From: Candidatus Methylomirabilia bacterium
GTDB taxonomy: Bacteria; Methylomirabilota; Methylomirabilia; Rokubacteriales; CSP1-6
Length of the DNA: 37,680 nt
NCBI GenBank assembly: GCA_041492755.1
Contig: JBGPXN010000027.1
Span: 1-37,680 of the forward strand
Reading direction: 5' to 3'
How positions within the stretch are numbered: position 1 is the stretch's first letter; every line of letters starts with the position of its first letter. The translations under genes and the position numbers were made by a program. The notes beneath the pieces were generated by a model. The model saw nothing but the letters and a program-made list of their open reading frames with translations, searched no databases and had not been told where the DNA came from. Shown in pieces: positions 35,742-37,680 of this stretch.

Positions 35742-36854
35742 TCAGTCCTCGACGCTGTCGACGACGCGCTTGAAGAACCCGCCGATGCTCGCCTTGTCGA
35801 TCCAGCGGACGACGACGACGAGATCGTGCTCGGGGTCGATCCAGACGACGTTGCTCCCGGCGCCGCGCGCGGCAAAGCAAGATGCGGGCGCGCCGGGGAA
35901 CTGCCTGCCGTCGGTGTTGAGCCACCAGAGCAGGCCGTACTCCGGATAGACGGCACAAGGCTGGCGCATCTCCGCGATCCACGACGCGGCGAGCACGCCC
36001 CGCCCGTTCCAGCGCCCGTTGCGGGAGATCAGGAGCGCGAAGCGCGCGTGATCGCGCGTCGACATCCAGAGCCCACCGCCCCAGTGCGTGCCCCCGGGCA
36101 CGGACGGCATGCGCACGCCGTCGATCTCCACCCAGGAGTTGCGATAGGGCTGCCACTCCCAGTGCGCGGAGCCGCCGATCGGATCCATGATCTCGCGCTT
36201 CAGCACGTCGGCCAGCGGCTCACGAACGAGCTGAAGGAGCGAGAGGCTGAGCCGGTTCACGCGGACGTCGTTGTACTCCCACAGCGTGCCCGGCGGGCGC
36301 AGCGGCCGCAGCGTGCCCTTGGTGGAGTAGCCGAGCTCGCTCTTGCCGAGGTCGCGGTTGTGGTCGATGGTGTCGGCCTTGTCCCACAGCGTGCCCTGCC
36401 ACTCGCTCGTCTGCGTGAGGAGGTGGCGCCACGTGATCGCGCGGTTCTGCGGCGATTCGAACGCGTCGTCGGTGGCGTACTTGCCCATCGGATCGTCGAG
36501 GCTGCGGATGATCCCCTGACCGAGGGCGATGCCGGCCACCACGGCGAGGTAGCTCTTCGCCACGCTGAACGTCATGTCGGCGCGCTGCGTATCGCCCCAC
36601 TCGGCGACGATGCAGCCGTGGCGGAGGATCACGCCGTTCGGTCCGCCGCGCATGCGCACGGGCCCGAGCACTTCCGAATCCTCCGGCTCGTCGGCCACGC
36701 CGATATAGCGGCCGGACGAGGTGATGAAGTCGCGCGCCCACTTGCTCTCGTGCGAGAGGTGATAGTCGAGAGCAGCGTTGAGCTTCTCCGGGTTTATCCC
36801 GACATCCGCGGGGCGCTGCTTCTGCCAGTCGTCGCGCGAGGGGAAGTAGCTCAT
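35742..36854 (-). CDS. Serine hydrolase (beta-lactamase / 6-aminohexanoate-dimer hydrolase family)
   Basis: SxxK motif FSVAKS, ITWRHLL, PGTLWEYND, YGLLWWLN, ARGAG. Confidence 0.85.
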   Translation of the reverse strand: MSYFPSRDDWQKQRPADVGINPEKLNAALDYHLSHESKWARDFITSSGRYIGVADEPEDSEVLGPVRMRGGPNGVILRHGCIVAEWGDTQRADMTFSVAKSYLAVVAGIALGQGIIRSLDDPMGKYATDDAFESPQNRAITWRHLLTQTSEWQGTLWDKADTIDHNRDLGKSELGYSTKGTLRPLRPPGTLWEYNDVRVNRLSLSLLQLVREPLADVLKREIMDPIGGSAHWEWQPYRNSWVEIDGVRMPSVPGGTHWGGGLWMSTRDHARFALLISRNGRWNGRGVLAASWIAEMRQPCAVYPEYGLLWWLNTDGRQFPGAPASCFAARGAGSNVVWIDPEHDLVVVVRWIDKASIGGFFKRVVDSVED

Positions 36855-36861
36855 GCGGCGC

Positions 36862-36871
36862 ATGGTACCAT
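36862..36871. promoter_or_regulatory. Palindromic bidirectional extended -10 promoter (ATGGTACCAT)
   Basis: TG-n-TACCAT on both strands, each exactly 7 nt from a divergent ATG (36854 and 36879). Confidence 0.65.
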
Positions 36872-36878
36872 CCGCGCC

Positions 36879-37680
36879 ATGAACATCGACGCTTCGCGGA
36901 CGTTCGAATTCGCGCAAAAGGCCTGGGACGAGCGGATCATCCCGACGCTGACCGAGTACATCCGTATCCCGGCCAAGTCGCCCATGTTCGACGCCAAGTG
37001 GGCCGAGCACGGCCACATCGACCGCGCCGTCACGCTGATCACGGACTGGGCCCGCCAGCGCAAGATCGAGGGCCTGCAGATCGAGGTCGTCCGCATGGAC
37101 GGCCGCACGCCGGTGATCCTGATGGAGGCCCCCGGCGCCGCCAAGGACACCGTGCTCCTCTACGGCCACTGCGACAAGCAACCCGAGATGGTCGGCTGGG
37201 CCGAGGACGCCGGCCCCTGGATCCCCGTCCGCCGCGCCAACCGCCTCTACGGCCGCGGCGCCGGCGACGACGGCTACGCCGCCTTCTCCGCGCTGACCGC
37301 CATCGAGGCCCTCCAGGCGCAGGGCATCCCCCACGCGCGCTGTGTCGTGCTGATCGAGGCCTCGGAAGAAAGCGGCAGCCCCGATCTGCCCTTCTACGTC
37401 GAGAAGCTCGCCGACCGCATCCGCCCCAGCCTGGTCATCTGCCTCGACTCCGGCTGCGGCGACTACGACCACCTCTGGGCCACCACGTCCCTCCGCGGCG
37501 TCCTGAGCGGCACACTGACGGTGGAGGTCCTGACCGAGGGCGTCCACTCCGGCGCCGCCACCGGCATCGTCCCCTCGAGCTTCCGCATCCTGCGCCAGAC
37601 GCTCGACCGCCTCGAGGACGCGCGCACGGGCGCGCTGCTCGTGCGCGAGTGCCACGTGGAGATCCCGCCGCACCGGATCG
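36879..37680 (+). CDS. M20-family metallopeptidase (DapE/ArgE-like), runs off the window end
   Basis: Absent from the ORF track because there is no stop in the window. Hand translation gives MNIDAS...YIRIPAKSPMFD...LLYGHCDKQPEM...LYGRGAGDDGY...IEASEESGSPDL...CLDSG...TTSLRG...GVHSG. Confidence 0.9.
   Translation, partial: MNIDASRTFEFAQKAWDERIIPTLTEYIRIPAKSPMFDAKWAEHGHIDRAVTLITDWARQRKIEGLQIEVVRMDGRTPVILMEAPGAAKDTVLLYGHCDKQPEMVGWAEDAGPWIPVRRANRLYGRGAGDDGYAAFSALTAIEALQAQGIPHARCVVLIEASEESGSPDLPFYVEKLADRIRPSLVICLDSGCGDYDHLWATTSLRGVLSGTLTVEVLTEGVHSGAATGIVPSSFRILRQTLDRLEDARTGALLVRECHVEIPPHRI

Noticed and set aside
35742..37673. 643-aa serine hydrolase with a long N-terminal domain
   Set aside because: The extension is the antisense of the plus-strand M20 peptidase starting at 36879.

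Overview
High-GC bacterial chromosomal segment with about 36 tightly packed genes. Gene content and intergenic repeat style suggest Ca. Rokubacteria/Methylomirabilota, but that is an inference. Genes in order: glutaryl-CoA-type acyl-CoA dehydrogenase, queuosine-precursor transporter, HD-domain hydrolase, a catalytically degenerate HtrA-like protein, rmlBCA, a rhodanese-MoeB fusion, D-2-hydroxyacid dehydrogenase, cupin, flavin-binding protein, HAD phosphatase, HtrA, moaB, glcFED, an orphan histidine kinase, AceE-like E1, an Opp/Dpp ABC module, tupA, recQ, murB, the MSMEG_4193/DUF3090/SCO1664 triad, a membrane class III cyclase and several hydrolases. No rRNA, tRNA, CRISPR array or transposase was seen. 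Main signals: (1) an in-frame UGA at the conserved crossover-loop Cys of MoeB, followed by a SECIS-like hairpin (probable selenoprotein); (2) a modular palindromic repeat family with covarying stems and a 48-bp period, one copy of which is translated as the C-terminus of GlcF; (3) repeated -10 boxes 5-10 nt before start codons (leaderless mRNAs), including a symmetric bidirectional promoter; (4) a decayed integron-cassette remnant (DUF2283 fragment plus attC-like site).
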